Shown one piece after another: positions 55,215 through 64,000 of a stretch of 64,000 bases of DNA. Position 1 is the first letter of the stretch. Each line of letters starts with the position of its first letter. Both the position numbers and the translations under genes were made by a program. Origin of the DNA: a virus (lineage: Duplodnaviria; Caudoviricetes); IMG/VR virus record IMGVR_UViG_2824317532_000001, positions 32,001-96,000 of that record, one strand, 5' to 3'. The notes beneath the pieces were generated by a model, which saw only the letters and a program-made list of their open reading frames with translations, had not been told where the DNA came from and searched no databases.

Positions 55215-55492
55215 TGGCTGCTCAACACATGGTCACCGAACACGCCGTGTGTGCCCTGCCCGGCGACCACCGGGATTGGCGACACCTGGTCATCCGGGTC
55301 CAGCGTCGGGGCGCCACCGATCGGTGGCTGGTGACCTGGGGCGCCTACTACTTGACCGCCGACGGCGACTGGTATCCGTCCATGTCTCGGGCGGTCGAGT
55401 ACGACGAGGACGAGGCCCTGATCGCCGCCGACATGGTGTCTAAGACGGTCGACGTGAATGGTCTGACCGCCGCCGACCTGCTCAACCGTTGA
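55214..55492 (+). CDS. Hypothetical protein
   Basis: TGATG coupling; VCALP...VDVNGLTA. Confidence 0.6.
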   Translation: MAAQHMVTEHAVCALPGDHRDWRHLVIRVQRRGATDRWLVTWGAYYLTADGDWYPSMSRAVEYDEDEALIAADMVSKTVDVNGLTAADLLNR

Positions 55493-55502
55493 GGAGCCCG
55501 CA

Positions 55503-55898
55503 ATGTTGACTGAAAGCCACACCACCAGACCCGCCGACAACGGCACCTACCACTACTGGGAGGTTCGCGGCCCGTACGGCGCCGTCTCCCTGTCGCTGCT
55601 GCATTCCCGGGCCGCCGGGTTCACGTCGCTGGCCCGAATGAGCCCTGCCCTGGCCGGCAACCTGGCGCCCACTGAGTCCGGGCACTGGGTGTTCAACGTG
55701 ATTGGCGAGCACCGCCCGAACGGGCCCGAGTCAGGCTGGTCGTGCTCGGTGCACGGCGATACCTGTGATGAGGACGCGATCGTCACCGATCTGGCCTGGC
55801 CGATCTGGGAGCGGCTGCGTGACGGCGGTGTCACCGACCGGGCGGTGTACGCCGAGTTGGAGGCGCTCGCCGGCCGGGTGTTCGAGGTGGCGGCGTGA
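55503..55898 (+). CDS. Hypothetical protein
   Basis: GAGGAG SD. Confidence 0.6.
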   Translation: MLTESHTTRPADNGTYHYWEVRGPYGAVSLSLLHSRAAGFTSLARMSPALAGNLAPTESGHWVFNVIGEHRPNGPESGWSCSVHGDTCDEDAIVTDLAWPIWERLRDGGVTDRAVYAELEALAGRVFEVAA

Positions 55899-56070
55899 CT
55901 GCGGTGCCCTTCGCTGTCGAGTGGGTGTTCCTCGACGAGTCCACCCCGCGCCAGATCCACACCAGCACTGTCACCGCGGTTGACGCCGACGATGCGCGGA
56001 TGACGCTGCTGGGTTCCATACCTGAGGACCGGGTGTCGGTCCTCAGGGTTTCTGCCGAGGAGGACCAGCA

Positions 56071-56532
56071 GTGAGCACCGACCACGGCCCGTACATTGCC
56101 GCCGTTCAGGAGGCGCTGATTCATGCCGGGTTCGAGACCCTGAACGAGCACGCCGAGGACGAGGATCCGCGCGGCGGTGGCATCCAGCTCGACCCCCGGT
56201 CGCCGGCTGCGGCGGACTGGTTTGCGAACTGGGATGAGGTGTGGCTGGGCTGGAACGAGGACCGCGGCTGGGCGCTGGTCTGCACCGAGGAATTAGCCGG
56301 CGGCGAGCCGAAGACGTTCACGTTCGACTCGCACCTGCCGCGGCTGGCGGCGCCGGTGTCGGTCGTGCGCATGGCGTGCGGGCACGCTGGCGTGTCCGTG
56401 CAGGCCATCGATGCCCTGCCGGAGCCGGCCATCCCGGACGCCGACTTCCCCGGCCACAGCTTCCTGGACGACGATCCCGTGTTCGAGCAGGCGCTGGCCC
56501 GCTACCGGGAGCCGTCGTGCCCACGGTCCTGA
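56071..56532 (+). CDS. DUF6292-like protein
   Basis: HGPYIAAV..AL, LGWNEDRGW. Confidence 0.6.
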   Translation: MSTDHGPYIAAVQEALIHAGFETLNEHAEDEDPRGGGIQLDPRSPAAADWFANWDEVWLGWNEDRGWALVCTEELAGGEPKTFTFDSHLPRLAAPVSVVRMACGHAGVSVQAIDALPEPAIPDADFPGHSFLDDDPVFEQALARYREPSCPRS

Positions 56533-56707
56533 TCCGCTGGCACACCCCGTCGGCATTGACGATCTACGCCGACGGTAAGCCGATCGGGTCAGCGTCCGAC
56601 GACTCCGATTTTCCCGACGAGCCGCCGCTGTCGACGCCGCTGGTTGCCGCGGTCGTGGCGGAGGATGTGGCCCGCGCTTTGGGCGCCGACGTCAAGGTGC
56701 AGCGGCC

Positions 56708-56983
56708 GTGAGCGCCCGTGACATCACCGCTGACACGGTGCTCGCCGCGATCGCGGCCGGCGCTTCCACCCGCACAGATCTGGCCGCCCGGTTTCAGGTG
56801 CTGTCGACGTCCCGGTTCCTGACGGATGCGCTCGCCGAGCTGGGTGTGGTCGAGGACGCGCACGGCCGGCTGTCTGCGCCTGCCCTTCCGTGCCCGACGT
56901 GCGGCTTAAGGCCGTGGGATGCGCCCGACCTGACGCCAGGCGAGTTCGTGTGTACCTGCAACGACACCTTCGAGGAGATCTGA
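56708..56983 (+). CDS. Hypothetical protein
   Basis: GTGA coupling; CPTC..CTC. Confidence 0.5.
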   Translation: MSARDITADTVLAAIAAGASTRTDLAARFQVLSTSRFLTDALAELGVVEDAHGRLSAPALPCPTCGLRPWDAPDLTPGEFVCTCNDTFEEI

Positions 56984-57192
56984 TGACCTCTGTTCCGCAG
57001 TACGTGATCCTGCACCGTCGGGATCGCGGCAGCGAGGCTACTGAGCAACTGTTCAGCGTGTGGCCCGAAACCGACCGGGCGCAGGCCGTCGAACACGCGG
57101 CCGAACTGCAGTCCGATGCCAACAACCTGTACGGCCGGCCCCGTGACACGTATCGGGTCGCGCGGCTCGCATTCCTGGACGAGGAGAACTGA
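56983..57192 (+). CDS. Hypothetical protein
   Basis: GAGGAG SD; TGATG coupling. Confidence 0.55.
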   Translation: MTSVPQYVILHRRDRGSEATEQLFSVWPETDRAQAVEHAAELQSDANNLYGRPRDTYRVARLAFLDEEN

Positions 57193-57708
57193 ACCATGGG
57201 ACATGACGATCGACTGGAACTAATGGCGGCGGACCACGACCGGTTCCGGGCCGCACTGGTGCAGATCATTCTGGTGGCGGATGGTGGGGCCGAGGCGCCG
57301 CACACCGCGCTGGAGAACATTCGGGCCGAGGCCAACAAGGCGCTCGCCGAGGCGGGTGCGCAGTGACCGCCACGATGACGCCGCCCGCGTCCACCACGAT
57401 GCCGCAGTCGCAGGATCCGCGGGTGTTGCGGGAGATCCTGGACGACCCGAACCTGTCCGGCTGGCACGAGGCCGCCCATCTCGCGCTGGAGGACCTGGAG
57501 CAGCGGATCGGCCGGCACGTCCGCCACGGGCTAGGTGCCTGATGGGCGACGAGACGCCTGCTCTGACGGTGGTCGGCATGGGTCTGTTCCCGCTGCCGGG
57601 TGAGAAGAAGCGGCGTCAGCGGGCGGTTGCGGAGGCTCGGGAGCTTCTCCGCCAAGTGGCGGAGATCGAGCAGCGGAGTAGCGGGCACACGAGAGTTGAG
57701 GGTGAGCA

Positions 57709-57915
57709 GTGACCGGCGAGCCGCAGGAGACGTACTACGTCGAGTATCCGTGTGGGAAGTACTGCAAGGTCGAGATCGATCTGGCGGAGGCTCACGGCGG
57801 GTTCACGCACCGGCAGATGCGTGCCGCGGCGGACGTCCAGCATGCGGAGCGGCACGAGTTGGAGTCGACGCCGGTGCTGGCCCGGGTTTCTGCGGAGTTC
57901 CGGGCTCCGGCGTAG
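57709..57915 (+). CDS. Hypothetical protein
   Basis: GTGA coupling; CGKYC. Confidence 0.5.
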   Translation: MTGEPQETYYVEYPCGKYCKVEIDLAEAHGGFTHRQMRAAADVQHAERHELESTPVLARVSAEFRAPA

Positions 57916-57947
57916 GCTCACCCCACCCGTGTGATCTTGGAGGCGTC

Positions 57948-58424
57948 ATGCAGTTGGTCGACGTACTGGACCTGCTCCAACGGCTGTTCGTTGCCGCGCA
58001 GCATCCGGACGTTGCCGACGTGCGCCTCTACGGGGAAGGCACCCCGCAGTCGCCGGCCGGGGTTGCGGTGAAGGACACGCGGGGCGGTTCCACCTACCTG
58101 TGGGGCACCACCTGGCGGGGCGAAACCCCGGTCGACCTGCCGGAGGTGCTGCCGCCGCCGAAGCTCGGCGCCCAGCGGATCGCCGTGCTGGCGGTCAAGC
58201 TGCTCGATGCTGCCCGCCCGGCCGAGTTGAAGGCGTGGCGTTTGGTCGCGCTGCCGGATCTCGGCCCGACGGATGCTCGTGGTGTCGCGCCGGCCGGGGT
58301 CGGCCTGGTCGCCGCGGACGGCAGCCGGTTCCTGTTGCGGGCGACGCATGGTGGTTCGCAGACCGGTGACCCTGCCGAGGATCCGCACCCGGAGTGGCGG
58401 GTGCCGGAAGCACTGGCCATCTGA
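57948..58424 (+). CDS. Hypothetical protein
   Basis: GGAGG SD; followed by terminator. Confidence 0.6.
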   Translation: MQLVDVLDLLQRLFVAAQHPDVADVRLYGEGTPQSPAGVAVKDTRGGSTYLWGTTWRGETPVDLPEVLPPPKLGAQRIAVLAVKLLDAARPAELKAWRLVALPDLGPTDARGVAPAGVGLVAADGSRFLLRATHGGSQTGDPAEDPHPEWRVPEALAI

Positions 58425-58431
58425 CCTGACA

Positions 58432-58466
58432 AAAAGGCCCTGTGCTGTTACGGCACGGGGCCTTTT
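58432..58466. terminator. Bidirectional intrinsic terminator
   Basis: AAAAGGCCCTGTGC...GCACGGGGCCTTTT. Confidence 0.75.
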
Positions 58467-58576
58467 CCGCTGCTCAGCAGCGAATGTGACGCCGAATATA
58501 ACGCACATCGGGTCCGTCAGCGCCAACAGGAAGCGATCTAGCTTCGCCTCATGGAAACGATCACCCCGAGCGCCGT

Positions 58577-60631
58577 TTGAGCAGCGACCGCGACCCACGT
58601 CGACGCTTCAGTAACCGGCAACGCAACCTGCTCTACATCTCCTCCGACGGCACCTGCGAAGAATGCGGCAACCCGCTGCCGCCCGGATGGCATGCCGACC
58701 ACAAAAAGGCCCACACCCACGGCGGGGCCACCGAACTCGTCAACGGCCAAGCGCTCTGCGCTGGCTGCAACCTGCGCAAAGGAGCCCAGCCCATGGCCTA
58801 CGCCGACACATTCAAACCCCGCCCGTTCCAAGGCGAGGTCGTCAAAAGCGTCCTCGACGGTTTCTCCTCTGACCGGAAAACCACCGTCGTCCTCGCCAGC
58901 CCCGGCTCCGGCAAAACCCTCACCTACCAGGCCGTCGCCACCTACCTGTACCGGGAAGGCCTCATCGACTACGCCGCCGTGTTCGTACCCCGCCTCGTTC
59001 TTGCCCGCCAGTGCGAAGTGTCATGGCTGCACCGCCTCGACCAGCCCGAACCGAACGGCAACATCTTCGGCGGCGACCATCGGCTGTTCGACTCCCGAAG
59101 CCGTCTGTCTGCGTTCCGGCACGTCCCGAACCGGCTGCCGCTTATCCCGCCGGGTGAACGCGGCGTCGGCATGGTCACCACCTATTCGGCGTTGGTGAAG
59201 TCTCCCGACATCTACATCGACCATTGGGCCGCCAAGAACAAAGGCCGGTTCCTGCTGGTCGCCGACGAAGCCCAGTTCTGTGGAACGTCCGGCGACGACG
59301 ACGAGACCGGTGGAACCGCGGCCGGCCGGTGGATGCGGGAGATGCACGAGTACGCCGCCCACACGCTGCTGCTGACCGGAACGCCGTACCGTTCCGACGG
59401 CCAGCCGCTGATCCTCGCCGACTACGAACCGGAGGACGAGGAAGGGAAACGCAAACTCGTTCACCATGCCGAGGCCGGCTATGCCACGGGCATCGCGGAG
59501 GGCTATCTGCGGCGCTTCGAAGCGACGATGATCGACGCCCGGGTGCGGTACAAGTACGTCGACAACACCGTCAACGAGTACGACCTGTCTCTCAGTGGCG
59601 CAGACCTGCGGGAAGTCATGTGTAAGCCCGACGTGTGGAAGCCGATCGCGGACGAGGTTGTTGCCGCGGTGCGGGAGAAGCAGCGCTTGCACCGCTCGTA
59701 TCGCGGTCTGATCTCGTGCATGCAGCAGAGCGAGGCCAAGGCGGTGGAGGCGTACCTGCGTCGCCAGTACCCAGACCTCAAGGTGATGATCTCCGTTTCC
59801 GGTGATGGCGAGGAGGCCGAACGGTCGCTGCGCAACTTCAAGTCCCAGGCCGCCGACGTGCTGGTCACGGTCCGTAAGGCGTTCATCGGCTATGACTGCC
59901 CCGAGATCACGGTGGTGGGGGTGCTCACCAACTACCGCGACTGGGGGCACTTGTCGCAGTTGGTGGGCCGAGGGTTGCGCATGTGGAAGGGCGCCGAACG
60001 GCGGGGCCAGTCGTGTCGTGTGATCTGCCCCGACGACCCTGAGATGACGAGGTTCATCGAGTTCATGCGTGGCGAGTCGGAGCAGGGGCTGCGGGAGCGT
60101 GCGCGCCGTGAGGCCGACGCGGACCGGGAAGCGGGCGCAAGCCGCACCCGAGAGGACGAACTCGGCTGGGTCGAGTCGGCGCACGCTACCCAGGTCAGGG
60201 CTGTCGGTAACGATTCGGAGGTGGACGCCGATGAGTTGATGCTGATTCGGGCGATCAAGCACGACATCGACTCGGTGGAGGACGTGACGAAGCTGAAGGA
60301 GTTCGCCGAGAAGTTGGGGCTGCGACTGTCGGAGATGGCCGCCACACGCGCCGATGTTCCTGAACAGGCTCTGCCGGTGTCGACGGCGGCACCACTGACC
60401 GAGCAGGAGCAGATCAAGGCAATCAACCGGGAGACCAGTAAGGCCATCACGTCGTATCTGGCGCGGCGGGGCATGGACCCGAAGCACCCGCAGTTCCGGG
60501 CGAACGTGAAGCGGGTGACGGCGTCCGTGAACGCGGCGGCGGGCTGCTATGCCGATGACGTGTGGACCGTTGAGCAGGCGTTGAAGAGGTTGAACACGGC
60601 CCGCTCGCTGCCTGAGGAGGCGATCGTGTGA
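58577..60631 (+). CDS. HNH nuclease fused to SF2 (ResIII-like) helicase
   Basis: CEECG..WHADH..H..GG....NGQALCAGCN; PRPFQ, ASPGSGKT, VADEAQ, LTGTPYRSD, QLVGRGLR. Confidence 0.88.
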   Translation: MSSDRDPRRRFSNRQRNLLYISSDGTCEECGNPLPPGWHADHKKAHTHGGATELVNGQALCAGCNLRKGAQPMAYADTFKPRPFQGEVVKSVLDGFSSDRKTTVVLASPGSGKTLTYQAVATYLYREGLIDYAAVFVPRLVLARQCEVSWLHRLDQPEPNGNIFGGDHRLFDSRSRLSAFRHVPNRLPLIPPGERGVGMVTTYSALVKSPDIYIDHWAAKNKGRFLLVADEAQFCGTSGDDDETGGTAAGRWMREMHEYAAHTLLLTGTPYRSDGQPLILADYEPEDEEGKRKLVHHAEAGYATGIAEGYLRRFEATMIDARVRYKYVDNTVNEYDLSLSGADLREVMCKPDVWKPIADEVVAAVREKQRLHRSYRGLISCMQQSEAKAVEAYLRRQYPDLKVMISVSGDGEEAERSLRNFKSQAADVLVTVRKAFIGYDCPEITVVGVLTNYRDWGHLSQLVGRGLRMWKGAERRGQSCRVICPDDPEMTRFIEFMRGESEQGLRERARREADADREAGASRTREDELGWVESAHATQVRAVGNDSEVDADELMLIRAIKHDIDSVEDVTKLKEFAEKLGLRLSEMAATRADVPEQALPVSTAAPLTEQEQIKAINRETSKAITSYLARRGMDPKHPQFRANVKRVTASVNAAAGCYADDVWTVEQALKRLNTARSLPEEAIV

Positions 60632-61278
60632 CCGGTATGCGTGAGGTGTCGATGCCTGAACTGACCGATGAGCAGCGCCGGGTGCACCGGGCAGGGGAGG
60701 CGCTGCATCGCGATGGAGCGTCGCCGGCCGGGGCGCTGGATCTCCTTGCGGCGATTGTCGAAGACCGCACGTGGGAGCGGATGTGTGACGCGAAGGGGGT
60801 GTCGTTCGCGGGCCGGTTCCGGGACTTCGTTGAAGCGCGAAAGCCGTTTGGTCTGGGCTTCGATCCGGACCAGCTGCCGAAGGTCCTTGGCCTGCGTCAT
60901 CCCCACGAGGCGGTTCCAAAGGTTGCCTACCGCATAGCTGCAATGCGAGATCAGGTGAAGACGTTGCTCCTGTCGGAGATTCCCATTGCCTCGTCCAGGG
61001 GAGGAGATCGACGCTCTGACTACCTTCAAAACAGTGCCACTGTTTTGAAACGAGAAACAGCTGATCACATTCTTTCCAGACTCAAGTCATCCGCTCCTGA
61101 GATGGCCGCTCGCGTAATCTCGGGCGAATTGACCGCCAATGCCGCCGCGCATCAGTTGGGTTGGCGTCGCCCACGCATCGTCGTGTCTTCCCCTGAGCGG
61201 GTGGCTGAGGCGCTGCGCCGCACCATGGATCCGGACGACATCAAGCGGTTGGCCGCAATTCTCGGTGGTGATGAGTGA
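60628..61278 (+). CDS. Hypothetical protein with RGGDRRS motif and C-terminal helical domain
   Basis: GTGA-coupled to helicase. Confidence 0.75.
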   Translation: MTGMREVSMPELTDEQRRVHRAGEALHRDGASPAGALDLLAAIVEDRTWERMCDAKGVSFAGRFRDFVEARKPFGLGFDPDQLPKVLGLRHPHEAVPKVAYRIAAMRDQVKTLLLSEIPIASSRGGDRRSDYLQNSATVLKRETADHILSRLKSSAPEMAARVISGELTANAAAHQLGWRRPRIVVSSPERVAEALRRTMDPDDIKRLAAILGGDE

Positions 61279-61514
61279 CTGTGCACCGCGGCACCAGTCG
61301 CCGATACGCCTTGAATCGCCTTGAGCGCGACGCGCCGGAGTTGTATCAGCAGGTGGTGCAAAAGAAGATGACAGCGCATGCTGCCATGGTTCAGGCCGGC
61401 TTCCGCCCACCAACATTTACGGTCCGTGCGGACTCGGCGGAACAGGTGGCTGAGACCTTGAAGCGGCGCCTTCCGCCGGAGATGGTGGCCGAGCTGGCGG
61501 CGAAGCTGGCCTGA
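61275..61514 (+). CDS. Small protein paralogous to C-terminus of upstream gene
   Basis: RLERDAPELYQQVV..KMTAHAA vs RLKSSAPEMAARVI..ELTANAA. Confidence 0.75.
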   Translation: MTVHRGTSRRYALNRLERDAPELYQQVVQKKMTAHAAMVQAGFRPPTFTVRADSAEQVAETLKRRLPPEMVAELAAKLA

Positions 61515-61586
61515 GCGCAGTAGGCCCTGGGTTTCGGTCCGGGGCTCTCTGCTGCCCATTCCATGATCATGCGCTACAGTCACGTC

Positions 61587-61602
61587 TAGAACATCCGTTC
61601 GA
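61587..61602. promoter_or_regulatory. LexA (SOS) box
   Basis: TAGAAC-ATCC-GTTCGA vs actinobacterial TCGAAC-N4-GTTCGA; TACAGT -10 at 61575. Confidence 0.75.
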
Positions 61603-61677
61603 GTCGGCCCGCGAACCGGCTGGTCAACGACGTGTCGCCTCTTCCCCGGCGGCCAGCACTGGCACGGGGAGCACAGC

Positions 61678-62520
61678 ATGGCGCCATGGAACGGCGGTCT
61701 CATCGGCGACGTAGACGACGTCCACGCCGCTCTCGCACGCGTCAACCAGCAGGCCCAGACTCGCGGCACCACCGCCCTGCTGACCCAGCCGGTCACCACC
61801 GGCGACGACATCACCCCCGCCACCACCCAACTGCTGCCGTGCGATCCGCAGATCCTGCCGCTGCTGCCGTGGACCGGCCTGCGCCGCGGCACCACGATCG
61901 CGGCGGTCGGTTCGACCAGCCTGCTCATCACCCTGCTCGCCGCCGCCATGCGCGACACCGGCAGTTGGGCTGCGGTTGTCGGGAAACCCGAGTTCGGGTG
62001 CCTCGCCGCCGCAGAGGCCGGCGTGCCCCTCGACCGGCTCGCCCTCGTGCCGGAGCCCGGCCCGGACTGGCCGACCATCGTCGCCTCCCTGCTCGACGGC
62101 ATCGACCTGGTCGCCGTTCAACCTCCGCCCGGCACCAGCGACACGGTCATGAAGGCTCTGTCGGCGCGGGCCCGACAGAAAGGCGCCGTCCTCATCCCCA
62201 CTCGCGCTTGGACGGGCGCCGAAGTCGTCCTCGAGGTGACCGGCCGCCGCTGGCACGGACTCCGTGACGGCGGCGGCCGCCTCCGCGACAGCCAGATCGA
62301 CGTGCGGGCGGCCGGGCGCGGTAGGGCTGTCCGGCCGAAAACGGCCACCCTTGCTGTCGGTGACACCCGCCCGCCGATCCAGATTCCGGCGTCGCCCGTC
62401 GATGCCGGGCCGCCGCCAGCGGCGGGCAACGCCCTGTGGGAGCGTGTGGAACCGTTACCGCCGCCTGCCGACCTGTGGGCGGGCATGCGTGTCCCCGTCA
62501 CGGGCCGGCGGCTGAGTTAG
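61678..62520 (+). CDS. ImuA'-like RecA-family protein (Rv3395c-like)
   Basis: LLP..GLRRGT, GSTSLL, WAAVVG.P..G.LAAAEAG..LDRLALVPEPG, LLDGIDLV, LSARARQKGAVL. Confidence 0.82.
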   Translation: MAPWNGGLIGDVDDVHAALARVNQQAQTRGTTALLTQPVTTGDDITPATTQLLPCDPQILPLLPWTGLRRGTTIAAVGSTSLLITLLAAAMRDTGSWAAVVGKPEFGCLAAAEAGVPLDRLALVPEPGPDWPTIVASLLDGIDLVAVQPPPGTSDTVMKALSARARQKGAVLIPTRAWTGAEVVLEVTGRRWHGLRDGGGRLRDSQIDVRAAGRGRAVRPKTATLAVGDTRPPIQIPASPVDAGPPPAAGNALWERVEPLPPPADLWAGMRVPVTGRRLS

Positions 62521-62521
62521 G

Positions 62522-62842
62522 TCAGCCCTGGAGCGGCCATCGTGCAGGGCGGGGCCGACGCATGCGGGGGTCGGTGGTCATGTCGGCGAGCCGGATGGTG
62601 AGGGCGTCTCGTAGGTTGTCGCAGGTGCGGCAGATCGGCTCGTCGCAGTCGGTGTGGTGGTCGTCGGCGATCCGGACCAGCAGCGCGGTGAGGTTGCCGT
62701 TCAAATAGCCTTCGGCGTAGCCGGGTTTGCCGTGGATGCGGTTGCGGAGTTCGGCGACGGTGGTGTCGGTGACGCCGTAGCGTGCGGCGGATTCGGTGAC
62801 GGCAGTGACTGCCATCTGGATGACCTCGGCTGATGTCGGCAT
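62522..62842 (-). CDS. Hypothetical protein
   Basis: AGGAGG SD; H..DCDEPICRTC. Confidence 0.65.
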   Translation of the reverse strand: MPTSAEVIQMAVTAVTESAARYGVTDTTVAELRNRIHGKPGYAEGYLNGNLTALLVRIADDHHTDCDEPICRTCDNLRDALTIRLADMTTDPRMRRPRPARWPLQG

Positions 62843-63133
62843 CGTTGCCTCCTGTAGCGTCAGGTGATCGTGGTGGGACGGAACGTTACGCCCGCGTAAG
62901 GGGTGCCTCCATGGGCCTTTCTGACCGCGATCGATCATTCTGGGTGATGTGGTGTGGCCGGTCGGAGGATCCCGTCGGGTAACAACGCCGTTCCGGGGAT
63001 TACCGCCACCCGATCGAACCGCCGATCGGGGCCGTTCGGGCAGCAGAAACCCGCCGTGTGCCTACGCGTCACGGCGGGCTGGGTGGCTCGATGCTGGTGT
63101 GGTCCGCCCCGTTCCCCGTGCCGGGGCGGGCAC

Positions 63134-63379
63134 CTACGCTGTCGCGCTGCGGATCTGGTCGAGGCTGATCCAGCCTTCCCGCAGCAGCCAGCCGATCACG
63201 AAGTCGTTCTCCGGCTCCATCCCGGCACCGATCTTGCAGGTGACCGGATAGCCGGGACACGCGCACTGGTCCTCGTGGATCCCGGCCCGGTACTCGACGG
63301 CCATCCGCTCGACCAGGGCGTCGATGTCGGCGGCGGCATGCTCCAGGTCGAACGTGTCCCTCAGCGGCAGGTAGCCCAT
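63134..63379 (-). CDS. Hypothetical protein
   Basis: TGATG coupling. Confidence 0.55.
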   Translation of the reverse strand: MGYLPLRDTFDLEHAAADIDALVERMAVEYRAGIHEDQCACPGYPVTCKIGAGMEPENDFVIGWLLREGWISLDQIRSATA

Positions 63380-63612
63380 CAGACGTTCTCCTCGCCGTTC
63401 TTACCCTCGATCCAGGCAAGAACGGCGTCGGGCGTCTTGCCCCACGCGGTACAACCGCACGAGCACACCCGGTCCAGTCCGGGCACGCTGCCGTAGTGCC
63501 GCCACACGGGGTGCCCGCAGCGCTGGTTGGTACAGGTGACCGAGTCGTCCTCGGCGGCGTAGTGCTGCTCCCACAGGTCCAGGCTGGGATCGTCTGAGCG
63601 GTCGACGCGCAT
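63379..63612 (-). CDS. Small Cys-rich protein
   Basis: CTNQRCGH...CSCGC; GAGGAG SD. Confidence 0.55.
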   Translation of the reverse strand: MRVDRSDDPSLDLWEQHYAAEDDSVTCTNQRCGHPVWRHYGSVPGLDRVCSCGCTAWGKTPDAVLAWIEGKNGEENV

Positions 63613-63797
63613 CAGGGAATCTCCTCGTCGATGCTCATCCCCCACAGTTGGCCGCGGTGCCAGCCGCCGGGCTGGAAGTTGTCGGGATGGTCGGCGATCT
63701 CCCACGGTGGGCCGCCGGCGAGGCGGTCGCGTTCTTCCATGGCGGCGACTTCGGCGAGGGTTTCGTCGGAGATGAGCAGCTGCGGGTTGTCGTTCAT
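63612..63797 (-). CDS. Hypothetical protein
   Basis: GAGGAG SD; TGATG coupling. Confidence 0.55.
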   Translation of the reverse strand: MNDNPQLLISDETLAEVAAMEERDRLAGGPPWEIADHPDNFQPGGWHRGQLWGMSIDEEIP

Positions 63798-63847
63798 GCG
63801 GGTTCTCCTCGGGTGGGGCCGGGCGACCGGAGCCGCCCGGCAGGCGG

Positions 63848-64000
63848 TCAGTTGGCGGCGATGGAGCGAATGCGGTCGAGTACGGCTTGCCCGTCGGCGG
63901 CCAACTGTTCCGGGGTCGGGTCCGGTGCGGGGTATTCCAGGTCTGCATGTGCGGCATCCTCTCCGAACATGGGGGCACACGGCTGACACGGTTCCGGCCG
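63848..64000 (-). CDS. Partial hypothetical protein (runs off window)
   Basis: Open frame from 64000 to TGA at 63848. Confidence 0.45.
   Translation of the reverse strand, partial: RPEPCQPCAPMFGEDAAHADLEYPAPDPTPEQLAADGQAVLDRIRSIAAN

Noticed and set aside
58577-60631. Type III restriction Res subunit
   Set aside because: No methyltransferase gene nearby, and the nuclease is an N-terminal HNH rather than a C-terminal PD-(D/E)xK
1-64000. Integrase, att sites, tRNA, rRNA, lysin B
   Set aside because: None recognised by eye; may lie outside the window

Overview
High-GC actinobacterial temperate siphovirus-like element; a Micromonosporaceae-type host is inferred, not proven. Left to right: (1) 1-27230, a near-complete virion operon (terminase end, portal-MuF fusion, protease/scaffold polyprotein carrying a 2H-phosphoesterase domain, capsid, tail with -1 frameshifted chaperone, tape measure, minor tails), interrupted by four free-standing nuclease genes (2 HNH, LAGLIDADG, GIY-YIG). 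(2) 27244-30756, lysis cassette, including a stand-alone membrane protein resembling the ethylene-receptor CxxxH domain. (3) 30928-32680, an acr/aca-like unit. (4) 32734-43720, an AICE/plasmid-type module: FtsK-like TraB, spread-like membrane genes, HTH, RecA-family Rep helicase and an iterated origin-like region. (5) 44093-48625, toxin-antitoxin/defence genes and an XRE-DUF5753 regulatory cassette. (6) 48913-58424, about 35 small early-type ORFs. (7) 58551-61514, an HNH-SF2 helicase operon with two paralogous partner genes. (8) A LexA-boxed orphan imuA'-like gene. No integrase, tRNA, rRNA or CRISPR array was seen. All family assignments are by eye from motifs and synteny; no searches were run.
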